From Arenicellales bacterium (GTDB lineage: Bacteria; Pseudomonadota; Gammaproteobacteria; Arenicellales; JAJDZL01): a stretch of 64,000 bases of DNA. Below, piece after piece: positions 29,665-37,966 of the stretch (position 1 is its first letter; each line of letters begins with the position of its first letter). The stretch lies in assembly GCA_965202855.1 (NCBI GenBank), contig CBDBBP010000002.1:58913-122912 (forward strand). Direction: 5' to 3'. Both the position numbers and the translations under genes were made by a program. The notes under the pieces were generated by a model that saw nothing but the letters and a program-made list of their open reading frames with translations, was not told where the DNA came from and did not search any database.

Positions 29665-31089
29665 TTGAATGAACTACTTAAACTGACCGCTTTCGAAATA
29701 ACACAGCTGCTATCCAAGCGCGAAGTCTCCCCAATAGACTTAGTCGAGATTTGTGCCGAACGCATCGAACAAGTTGATTCTGCCATCAACGCGTTGCCCA
29801 CTTTAAGTCTGGAGTACGCCAGAGATCGCGCCATTGAATTAACTAGAAAAAAACACATGGTCCAAAACCACTCAAGAGGATGGCTTGGTGGATTGCCGAT
29901 ATCGATTAAAGATCTCATCGAAACAAAAGGAATTCGCACTACTTTCGGCTCTCAAATTTATTCGAATTACGTTCCTACGCAATCGGATGTATTGGTAGAT
30001 AATTTGGAGTCTCGAGGTGGAATTGTAGTCGGAAAATCAAACACTCCCGAATTCGGTGCAGGTGCGAGTACGTTCAACGAAGTATTTGGTACAACAAAAA
30101 ACCCATGGAATACTGAAAAATCTGTTGCTGGCTCATCGGGTGGCGCCTGTGCTTCGGTTGCAACGGGAGAGGCATGGCTAGCAACGGGAAGTGATCTTGG
30201 AGGCAGCTTGAGAACACCAGCGAGCTTTAATTCGGTCGTTGGGCTTCGGCCAAGTCCGGGCAGAGTCCCATATCGTCAAAAACATGAACCTTTCAGCTGT
30301 CTGCATGTACAAGGTCCCATCGCTCGAAATTGCCGCGATGCTGCTTTATTTCTCGACGCAATGGCTGGATTGCACAGATCTGACCCACTAAGCATTCCTG
30401 CACCTGCCAATTCGTTTCAAAGCTGTACAGAAAATCCAGCTCCTCCTCTGCGAGTCGGTTATTCTTCAGACCTTGGAATAACGCATGTTGACAGCGAAGT
30501 AGAGTCCATTTGTCGAAATGCGGTGTTGAATTTTGAAGATATCGGAACCGACATAGAAGAAAAATCACCGAATTTCAGAGGCTCAATTGAAAGTTTCAAT
30601 GTATTGCGCGCCGCTTCTTTTGCCACTAATTTACAAAATGAATACAAAAAACATCGAAATTTACTCAAACCTGAGATCGTTTGGAATATTGAGCAAGGTT
30701 TAAAGCTGACTGCGGAACAAATTGGAACAGCAACTCGCAACCAAGCGAAAATTTATCGCTCTGTAGTTAGATTTTTTGAAAAATACGATCTTTTGATCTG
30801 CCCATGCGCCATTGTTCCACCATTTGACGCTGGACTGCGTTATGTTGAATCTGTAGGCGAACATGTCTTTGACACGTATTTTGAGTGGATTGCCATTACC
30901 TTTGTACTCACGCTTACGACTTGCCCTGTACTTGCACTTCCAGCCGGTTTTACCAAAAACGGACTGCCGGTTGGAATTCAGATCGTCGGTCCACCCAGAG
31001 ATGAAGCAGCAGTTCTTGCCGCAGGTCATTTGCTTGAAGAGATGTTAGCGATTCACAAGCAGCTGCCAATCGATCCGAGAACACCCTAG
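29665..31089 (+). CDS. Amidase (amidase-signature family)
   Basis: KDLIETKGIRTTFGS and the AS block VAGSSGGACASVATGEAWLATGSDLGGSLRTPASFNSVVGLRPS. TTG start. Confidence 0.85.
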   Translation: MNELLKLTAFEITQLLSKREVSPIDLVEICAERIEQVDSAINALPTLSLEYARDRAIELTRKKHMVQNHSRGWLGGLPISIKDLIETKGIRTTFGSQIYSNYVPTQSDVLVDNLESRGGIVVGKSNTPEFGAGASTFNEVFGTTKNPWNTEKSVAGSSGGACASVATGEAWLATGSDLGGSLRTPASFNSVVGLRPSPGRVPYRQKHEPFSCLHVQGPIARNCRDAALFLDAMAGLHRSDPLSIPAPANSFQSCTENPAPPLRVGYSSDLGITHVDSEVESICRNAVLNFEDIGTDIEEKSPNFRGSIESFNVLRAASFATNLQNEYKKHRNLLKPEIVWNIEQGLKLTAEQIGTATRNQAKIYRSVVRFFEKYDLLICPCAIVPPFDAGLRYVESVGEHVFDTYFEWIAITFVLTLTTCPVLALPAGFTKNGLPVGIQIVGPPRDEAAVLAAGHLLEEMLAIHKQLPIDPRTP

Positions 31090-31090
31090 C

Positions 31091-32188
31091 TTAGTCATTC
31101 TTTCGAATTACCATATAAGTGTGAACATAGTCCATCGCATGGAGCTCTGGCTGCGATTGAACCAGTGAATGATAATTGGCATAAAACCGATCTACGATTT
31201 CGCTGCGTTCCTTCTCGCTGCGAGCTGGAGAAAGACCGCCTCGGAAAACCGTCTCACTCCAAGAACGCAAGGTAGGAACATACGCATCAGCAAATGCCAT
31301 TTCATCACCAACGCGATTGAATTCACTGCGATAAGGACATTTGGTAACTCCAGTGTAGGCGCTAATGAGTCGGAGACCTGCTTGGCTGACGACACTTTCT
31401 GGATCATCGAATGGACTGCTGAACTGATCGATCGTTTTATAGAATTGAGGGAATGTCGTAGCTGACCACTCTTTTTTGGCAATTACGCCCGAATCTTTCA
31501 AATCAGTCCACAGTTCATGGAACGTATCGAACATATTTCTGCCTCCAGTATTGCCTAGATAGCGTCCTTGTTCATCAATACAAAAATTCGCCATCACGAA
31601 AATTCCACCGGGTACGAGCTCACGAGCGCGATGCAAAAGAATTGTTTCCCAGTCATTGAGCGCATAATCTCGAAAAGTATGCCACTCTTGTCCTTTCGCA
31701 CCTACGGCATGTACATGATCGGATATGGTGCAGGGCAACCCGCTGAGCCAATGCATGGCGGTAGCAGAGAACGCAACGTCTACACTGTTGTCAGGTACAA
31801 TTTGTTGATAAAAGGAGGTTCCGGCACACATCGTAAAAACATTCTTGTTGTTGGTCAAATAGCTTTCCGATTCTGGGGATCGGTCGTGTAAATTTTGAAA
31901 CAACGCAGAAAAATCGTTATGTGGCAAGTCAGTGTATGTTACTGTTATTTCTCGATTTTCTGTACGTTCACGTACTCCCTGGATGATTCTTGAAATTAAC
32001 TCGAGCGAAGTTCCGCCATCAGCGGCGCCATAATCCACAATGGAAAAAGGCCGTCGTCGATTTTCGAGGACAGTCTGCGACAATTGTTCAAGCACGTGTA
32101 CTCCAGCTCGATTGATGACATGTTGCGCACCTTTGGTGTGCTGAGAGTAATAACCTCCTCGTTTCATCGAGATTGATTGATTTTTCAT
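31091..32188 (-). CDS. SAM-dependent methyltransferase of the SABATH / Methyltransf_7 type
   Basis: MKRGGYYSQHTKGAQ, IVDYGAADGGTS, YTDLPHNDFSALFQNL and AGTSFYQQIVP..SVDVAFSATAMHWLS parallel the plant SABATH motifs. Confidence 0.7.
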   Translation of the reverse strand: MKNQSISMKRGGYYSQHTKGAQHVINRAGVHVLEQLSQTVLENRRRPFSIVDYGAADGGTSLELISRIIQGVRERTENREITVTYTDLPHNDFSALFQNLHDRSPESESYLTNNKNVFTMCAGTSFYQQIVPDNSVDVAFSATAMHWLSGLPCTISDHVHAVGAKGQEWHTFRDYALNDWETILLHRARELVPGGIFVMANFCIDEQGRYLGNTGGRNMFDTFHELWTDLKDSGVIAKKEWSATTFPQFYKTIDQFSSPFDDPESVVSQAGLRLISAYTGVTKCPYRSEFNRVGDEMAFADAYVPTLRSWSETVFRGGLSPARSEKERSEIVDRFYANYHSLVQSQPELHAMDYVHTYMVIRKND

Positions 32189-32215
32189 AGTAAATTTCTC
32201 TCTACTTCAAACAAA

Positions 32216-32243
32216 TTGCAGTGTTAAAATCACACTCTATATT
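32216..32243 (+). promoter_or_regulatory. Candidate sigma70 promoter for the mrp-like cluster
   Basis: TTGCAG, a 16-nt spacer, then TATATT, about 60 nt upstream of the mrpE-like ATG. Confidence 0.3.
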
Positions 32244-32303
32244 TTGAAGTTATTCTATAACTCAACTGAGAGTCGCCTGAAGTCTTATAAAATTGATATC
32301 TGA

Positions 32304-32798
32304 ATGAAGTTAATTCTGTTGCCGTTGATGTTTCTCGTGGTGTTCTGGATCGCACTTTCAGGACACTATACTTTTCTTCTTTTAAGCTTAGGCGCCATCA
32401 GTATTGCTCTGGCATTATTCATTTCGACGCGAATGGATAAAGTGGACCGAGAAGGTCATCCTATTGGAACTTTTTCCTGGCGAATCATTACATACTATTT
32501 TTATCTTCTCAAAGAAATTTTAATATCGAATATCGCAGTCACGCGAATGATTCTATTTTCAAGAAATTCACTCAGCCCGAATATCTATCGCTTGCCTGCA
32601 AAAAACATGTCGCCTATGGAGAAAGTTACCTACGCGAATTCAATCACACTGACTCCGGGCACTCTAACACTGGAGGTAGAAGAAGATTGGTTAGAAGTTC
32701 ATTCTCTGAGCCCTGAACTGATGACATCTTTGCAAGAAGAGGAAATGGCCGATCAAGTTCGAACGATCACGCCAGCCAAACATAGAATTAAAGAATGA
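32304..32798 (+). CDS. mrpE: Mrp/Mnh-type cation:proton antiporter subunit E
   Basis: 164 aa with N-terminal TM helices. First gene of a ten-gene abutting or overlapping same-strand cluster. Confidence 0.7.
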   Translation: MKLILLPLMFLVVFWIALSGHYTFLLLSLGAISIALALFISTRMDKVDREGHPIGTFSWRIITYYFYLLKEILISNIAVTRMILFSRNSLSPNIYRLPAKNMSPMEKVTYANSITLTPGTLTLEVEEDWLEVHSLSPELMTSLQEEEMADQVRTITPAKHRIKE

Positions 32799-33082
32799 TC
32801 GCCGCAGCTACATTTGCAGTCTTGATTGGCATGGTTATGCTCCTTGCTCGAGCCTTTCTAGGCCCGACAATTTATGACAGAATTCTAGCGGTCAATAATT
32901 TCGGAACCAAGACTGTCTTGGTTATCGCACTCTACGGATTCTTGACCGAGCGACCTGAATTCCTGGATATTGCAATCGTTTATGCATTGTGTAACTTCAT
33001 CGCTACAATCGCTGTGCTGAAATATTTTGAATACGGTGATTTGGGCCATGTCGGACAACAGCCAGAGGACGAAAAACAATAA
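32795..33082 (+). CDS. mrpF: Mrp/Mnh subunit F
   Basis: 95 aa, three hydrophobic segments, 4-nt overlap with E. Confidence 0.7.
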   Translation: MIAAATFAVLIGMVMLLARAFLGPTIYDRILAVNNFGTKTVLVIALYGFLTERPEFLDIAIVYALCNFIATIAVLKYFEYGDLGHVGQQPEDEKQ

Positions 33083-33402
33083 TGGAAATTGTGCTGAACT
33101 GGATTCGGGATGCATGCTTGATTGCAGGCGGATTCTTTGTCATCTGCGGCAGCCTAGGCATTCTTAGATTTCCAGATTTCTATACCAGGGTACACGCTGC
33201 AGGTGTGACCGAGACCGCAGGCGTAGGGCTAATTTTCGTTGGCTTATTGATCGAAGCCGGTCCAGGATTGGTTGCAGTGAAACTGCTTATTATTGTTGCC
33301 TTTCTTCTTTTTACCAATCCAACGTCCGCACATGCACTGGCAAAAGCAGCGCGTCATGGTGACCTTCAACCGATGCTTACGTCAAGAGGGAAAGAGTCAT
33401 AG
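33082..33402 (+). CDS. mrpG: Mrp/Mnh subunit G
   Basis: LRFPDFYTRVHAAGVTET ... TNPTSAHALAKAA. Confidence 0.75.
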   Translation: MEIVLNWIRDACLIAGGFFVICGSLGILRFPDFYTRVHAAGVTETAGVGLIFVGLLIEAGPGLVAVKLLIIVAFLLFTNPTSAHALAKAARHGDLQPMLTSRGKES

Positions 33403-33422
33403 AACTTCTGATCAACTCGGCA

Positions 33423-33938
33423 TTGTTAGTATTTTTGCTGGTTACGGCACTGTTTATCGCTCGTACGACAGTATTGCTGGGAGCAGTAATGCTCTATGGC
33501 ATTTACAGTCTGCTGACAGCGAGCCTGTTCGTAGTATTGGATGCGGTGGACGTGGCATTTACTGAAGCCGCTGTCGGAACTTGCATCTCCTCGATCTTGA
33601 TGTTGTCTGCATTGTCGTTAACTGGGTCTCGAATTGAGCTCACACACAAACGAAAACCGGTTTTAGCGCTCATGACTTCACTGGTGCTCGGAGCAGCCTT
33701 ACTTTTTGGATTAGCGGATATGCCTCAATTTGCTGATCCCAACGCACCGGCAAACCTTCACGTAGCACCTTACTATCTTACGCAGTCGGCCACGGATATC
33801 GACATTCCCAATGTGGTTACATCGGTATTGGCAAGTTATCGAGGTTACGATACTTTGGGTGAAGTCGTAGTGATTTATACAGCAGGCATCGGAGTGATTG
33901 CACTTCTCGGTGGTCGGCCCCGACGTCGAAAGAGCTAG
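33423..33938 (+). CDS. MrpA C-terminal-like (DUF4040-type) membrane subunit
   Basis: 171 aa with VVLDAVDVAFTEAAVG. Positioned before the MrpB-like gene, as in Mbh-type clusters. Confidence 0.6.
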   Translation: MLVFLLVTALFIARTTVLLGAVMLYGIYSLLTASLFVVLDAVDVAFTEAAVGTCISSILMLSALSLTGSRIELTHKRKPVLALMTSLVLGAALLFGLADMPQFADPNAPANLHVAPYYLTQSATDIDIPNVVTSVLASYRGYDTLGEVVVIYTAGIGVIALLGGRPRRRKS

Positions 33939-33942
33939 ATCC

Positions 33943-34380
33943 ATGAAACATCATATCGTTCTTCATTTAATTGCCAAGACATTAATTCCATTCATTATTG
34001 TTTTTGCTCTATATGTTCAGTTTCATGGAGACTATGGGCCCGGAGGAGGGTTTCAAGCCGGTGTTATTTTTGGTGCAGGATATGTCCTATATGGCCTCAT
34101 TCTCGGTAAAGAAGCCGCACTGAAGGTGATTCAAATTCGATTCGTACACTTCATGGCTGGAATCGGAGTATTGCTCTATACCATGGTTGGAGTTGCTGGC
34201 ATTTTCTTGGGCGGAGAATTTTTGAACTACAGTGTGCTGTTATCGAATCCGGTTGCTGGACAGCATATTGGAATTCTTCTGATTGAGCTAGGGGTCGGAA
34301 TTACGGTTGCATCTGTCATGATCAGCCTATTTTTCGCATTTGCTACCTATAAACATCCTGATGCGCCCGTAGTCGACTAA
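33943..34380 (+). CDS. mrpB: Mrp/Mnh subunit B
   Basis: FHGDYGPGGGFQAGVIFGAG. The start is placed at ATG 33943, just after the upstream stop. Confidence 0.7.
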   Translation: MKHHIVLHLIAKTLIPFIIVFALYVQFHGDYGPGGGFQAGVIFGAGYVLYGLILGKEAALKVIQIRFVHFMAGIGVLLYTMVGVAGIFLGGEFLNYSVLLSNPVAGQHIGILLIELGVGITVASVMISLFFAFATYKHPDAPVVD

Positions 34381-34392
34381 CTGGATTGGAAG

Positions 34393-34743
34393 ATGCCTGA
34401 ACTTATACCCATCAACTACATTATTGTTGTCGCACTCATGATGACCGGACTGTTTATTGTGGTTGCGACCAACAATTTCATAAAGAAAATTGTTGGACTG
34501 AATATTTTCCAGACTTCGGTATTTGTGCTCTACATCAGCATTGGAAAAGTCGGTGGCGGCACGGCGCCCATATTGACGGGTCAACCAGAATCCTACTCCA
34601 ATCCATTGCCACATGTTCTCATTCTCACTGCCATTGTTGTTGGTGTTGCAACAACAGCATTGGGGCTCGCACTGATTGTGCGCATTCGATCATCATTTGG
34701 CACCATCGACGATTACGACGTCGAAACCGCTGCGAAGAATTAA
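34393..34743 (+). CDS. mrpC: Mrp/Mnh subunit C (NuoK-like)
   Basis: 116 aa, three TM segments, LTAIVVGVATTALGLALI. Confidence 0.75.
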   Translation: MPELIPINYIIVVALMMTGLFIVVATNNFIKKIVGLNIFQTSVFVLYISIGKVGGGTAPILTGQPESYSNPLPHVLILTAIVVGVATTALGLALIVRIRSSFGTIDDYDVETAAKN

Positions 34744-34745
34744 CT

Positions 34746-36233
34746 GTGCTTACTCAACACCTGAGTGCATTTCAAGTAGTAATCCCTCTACTCGCCGCAC
34801 CACTTTGTGCAATTTTTGGACGATCAAAAATTGCTTGGTTTGTAGCCGCTATCGTAGGACTGCTCTGTATCGTCAACTCGCTTTATTTGCTAGAGCATGT
34901 CCAATCAGCTAATGTTGTAATCTACTCGCTTGGCGGCTGGGCTGCGCCATTTGGAATCGAGTACCGGGTTGACGCGGCGAATGCATTTATTCTACTAATC
35001 ATCAGCATCGTCTACGTCATTGGCGTAATCTATGCTCGTACTAGCATTGGTCGGGAAGTTTCGGACCGTAGCCAAAGATGGCTCTATACCGCTTGGATTC
35101 TTTGTTTTGCGGGACTTTGCGGAATCACGATCTCTGGTGATGTGTTCAATGTTTTCGTTTTTTTAGAAATCTCATCATTATCGACTTACATCCTGATCAG
35201 TTTTGGTTCAGACCGTCGTAGCCTAACTGCCGCCCTTCGCTATCTCGTAATGGGCACTATAGCGGCAACTTTTTATTTGATTGGCGTCGGATTGCTCTAC
35301 GCGCTGACCGGCACCCTCAACATGGCAGATCTAGCCCAACGCATGGAAGCCCTTCCGTTTACCGGAACCGCCTTGGTTGCATTTGGATTTATCACAATTG
35401 GATTAAGCATCAAAATAGCAGTCTTTCCATTTCATAATTGGTTGCCGAACGCTTATACCTACGCACCGAGTGCGATTACTGCATTTCTTGCAGGTACGGC
35501 GACCAAAGCCGCCGTTTATGTTTTTATTCGTTTGTGGTTTTCTGTCGTCCCACACGATGTGGATTCTGTTTACATATCAATGATTGAGTCAACAGAGTGG
35601 ATTTTGATTGCACTCGGGGTCCTCGGAGCAATCATTGCATCGGGTGTTGCGTTTTTTCAGGATGACGTCAAACGTCTTCTTGCTTGGTCAAGCATAGGGC
35701 AAATCGGTTATATGGTACTGGGTGTAGGCATCGCATCAGTTGCCGGAGTTGCTGCGTCTTTTCTGCATATTTTCAATCATGCCTTGATGAAGACAGCCTT
35801 ATTCATGGCGGTTGGATGTCTCTTTTTTATGACAGGTGCAACACAAGTAACCTCACTGAAGAATATGGGGCGAAAAATGCCATGGACAATGGCTGCGATA
35901 GTAATATGTGGTTTAAGTTTAGTCGGGGTTCCCTTTACAACGGGCTTCATCAGCAAGTGGTACCTGGTATCGGCTGCCTTTGAGCAAAACCTGTGGTGGA
36001 TTGCTTTGCTTGTTCTATTGGGTTCGCTGGTTTCAGCAGCTTACGTCTGGAAAATTGTTGAAGTCGCTTACTTTAGAACTGGAGTCGACAAACAAATACA
36101 AGTGAGAGAAGCGCCACTTTCAATATTGGCACCAACTTGGATTTTGGTTCTAGCAAACATTTATTTCGGCATAAATGCTCAATTCACAGGCTCACAGGCA
36201 ACCCGTGCAGCGATGGCGGTATTAGGAATGTAA
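34746..36233 (+). CDS. Antiporter-like subunit, MrpD/NuoN type
   Basis: 495 aa. FPFHNWLPNAYTYAPSAITAFLAG. Polytopic. Confidence 0.8.
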   Translation: MLTQHLSAFQVVIPLLAAPLCAIFGRSKIAWFVAAIVGLLCIVNSLYLLEHVQSANVVIYSLGGWAAPFGIEYRVDAANAFILLIISIVYVIGVIYARTSIGREVSDRSQRWLYTAWILCFAGLCGITISGDVFNVFVFLEISSLSTYILISFGSDRRSLTAALRYLVMGTIAATFYLIGVGLLYALTGTLNMADLAQRMEALPFTGTALVAFGFITIGLSIKIAVFPFHNWLPNAYTYAPSAITAFLAGTATKAAVYVFIRLWFSVVPHDVDSVYISMIESTEWILIALGVLGAIIASGVAFFQDDVKRLLAWSSIGQIGYMVLGVGIASVAGVAASFLHIFNHALMKTALFMAVGCLFFMTGATQVTSLKNMGRKMPWTMAAIVICGLSLVGVPFTTGFISKWYLVSAAFEQNLWWIALLVLLGSLVSAAYVWKIVEVAYFRTGVDKQIQVREAPLSILAPTWILVLANIYFGINAQFTGSQATRAAMAVLGM

Positions 36234-36237
36234 TGTC

Positions 36238-37701
36238 ATGAGTTTCGCACAATACAGCCAGTTTTTATGTATTTTGGTTCCGCTTGGCGCAGCGGTAGTC
36301 ATCCGACTGCTTGACAAGAATCCCAATCTGCGAGAAGCCGTTACGATCAGCGCTGCAGTCATTACGTTCCTGTTGGTCGTAGCGAACTATTCCACTGTAG
36401 CAGCGGGTGCGACTCCAAGCTTCATCATTGTTCAACCGTTTGAGCCCATTGAAATTGCTTTAGAGGCAGAGCCACTAGGCATGCTTTTCGCACTGATGGC
36501 GAGTTTTCTGTGGATTGTCACCTCGATCTACTCAATTGGATACATGAGAGGTCATCACGAAGAAAATCAAACTCGATTTTATGTTTTCTTCGCGATCGCG
36601 ATTGGAAGCGTGATGGGTGTTGCATTTGCCGCAAATGGATTTACGCTGTTTCTGTTTTATGAAATTCTTACATTATCGACATTTCCCCTTGTTACGCACG
36701 CAGGTACCGAAAAAGCGAAGCGTGCAGGAAGAATTTATCTGTTTCTGCTGCTAGGCACCTCAGTTGGATTTTTCTTGTTTGCGCTGATTTGGACATGGGT
36801 GTTGACTGGCAGTTTAGATTTCGAAAAAGGCGGTATCTTTGACGACGAATTAAGCCGCACGACATTAAATTTTCTATTATTGCTATATGTGTTCGGTATC
36901 GGGAAAGCTGCTCTCATGCCTTTTCACCGCTGGCTGCCTTCAGCAATGGTGGCTCCCACTCCGGTCAGTGCGCTGCTGCATGCAGTTGCTGTTGTCAAAG
37001 CCGGGGTGTTTTCAATCTTGAAAATCTGTGTTTATTTTTTCGGAATCGACCTTCTTTATGAATTGGACGTTCATACGTTTCTGGCGTATGTTGCAGCCTT
37101 TACGATCATCGCAACCGGTGTGATCGCTCTGCGCAAAGATAATTTGAAAGCCCGACTGGCATATTCAACGATCGGGCAGCTTTCCTACATCGTCCTTGGA
37201 GCACTAGTCGCCAATGGATGGGGAATCATCGGTGGTGGAATGCATATGTTGATGCATGGCTTTGGAAAAATCACACTGTTCTTTGGAGCCGGTGCAATCT
37301 TGGTCGCCACGCACAAAAAGCAAATCAGTCAGCTAAAGGGAATTGGCAGAAGAATGCCTGTCACAATGGTGGCATTTTTTATCGGTTGCGTAGCCATCGT
37401 CGGAGCACCTCCGACCGGCGGAATGTGGAGCAAATGGTACTTGCTTCTGGGCACGGCTCAGTCAGGAGACTGGCTGCTCACAGCTGCATTGATCATTGGG
37501 TCTCTTTTGAGCGCGGCCTATTTGATTCCGATGGCAGTCAAAGCGTTTTACCCTGCAGATGACGGAACTACCGCTGTTACCGAAGCACCGCGCACAATAC
37601 AATTGGCGATGGTAATTTGCGCAACGGGTTGCTTGGTCTTGTTCTTCGCACCCGATTTTGCATTTGAACTTGTATCCATGATCGCTCAGCAGGTACCCTA
37701 A
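36238..37701 (+). CDS. Antiporter-like subunit, MrpA N-terminal / NuoL type
   Basis: 487 aa. MPFHRWLPSAMVAPTPVSALLHAVAVVKAGVF. Confidence 0.75.
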   Translation: MSFAQYSQFLCILVPLGAAVVIRLLDKNPNLREAVTISAAVITFLLVVANYSTVAAGATPSFIIVQPFEPIEIALEAEPLGMLFALMASFLWIVTSIYSIGYMRGHHEENQTRFYVFFAIAIGSVMGVAFAANGFTLFLFYEILTLSTFPLVTHAGTEKAKRAGRIYLFLLLGTSVGFFLFALIWTWVLTGSLDFEKGGIFDDELSRTTLNFLLLLYVFGIGKAALMPFHRWLPSAMVAPTPVSALLHAVAVVKAGVFSILKICVYFFGIDLLYELDVHTFLAYVAAFTIIATGVIALRKDNLKARLAYSTIGQLSYIVLGALVANGWGIIGGGMHMLMHGFGKITLFFGAGAILVATHKKQISQLKGIGRRMPVTMVAFFIGCVAIVGAPPTGGMWSKWYLLLGTAQSGDWLLTAALIIGSLLSAAYLIPMAVKAFYPADDGTTAVTEAPRTIQLAMVICATGCLVLFFAPDFAFELVSMIAQQVP

Positions 37702-37702
37702 C

Positions 37703-37966
37703 ATGAGCAAATCATCAGAGCATTCATCGAACAAAGAACCTCGAAAGGCAGTCGGTCTTAGAAAAATACTAGGCTGGTTTTACGCGGCTTGCATCATCTT
37801 CTTTGGGCTCGACTTGGTCGTCCATCGACACGTCTATCATCCTTGGGAAAATCTTCTGTTTTTTTACTGTGTTTTCGGCTTCGTTGCTTGTGTAATTCTC
37901 GTTGTCGTTGCGAAATGGATGCGTAAACCCCTCATGCGAAGTGAAGATTATTACGATGGCGACTGA
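37703..37966 (+). CDS. small two-TM membrane protein embedded in the mrp-like cluster
   Basis: 87 aa. Abuts the upstream gene and overlaps the downstream one by 11 nt. Confidence 0.5.
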   Translation: MSKSSEHSSNKEPRKAVGLRKILGWFYAACIIFFGLDLVVHRHVYHPWENLLFFYCVFGFVACVILVVVAKWMRKPLMRSEDYYDGD

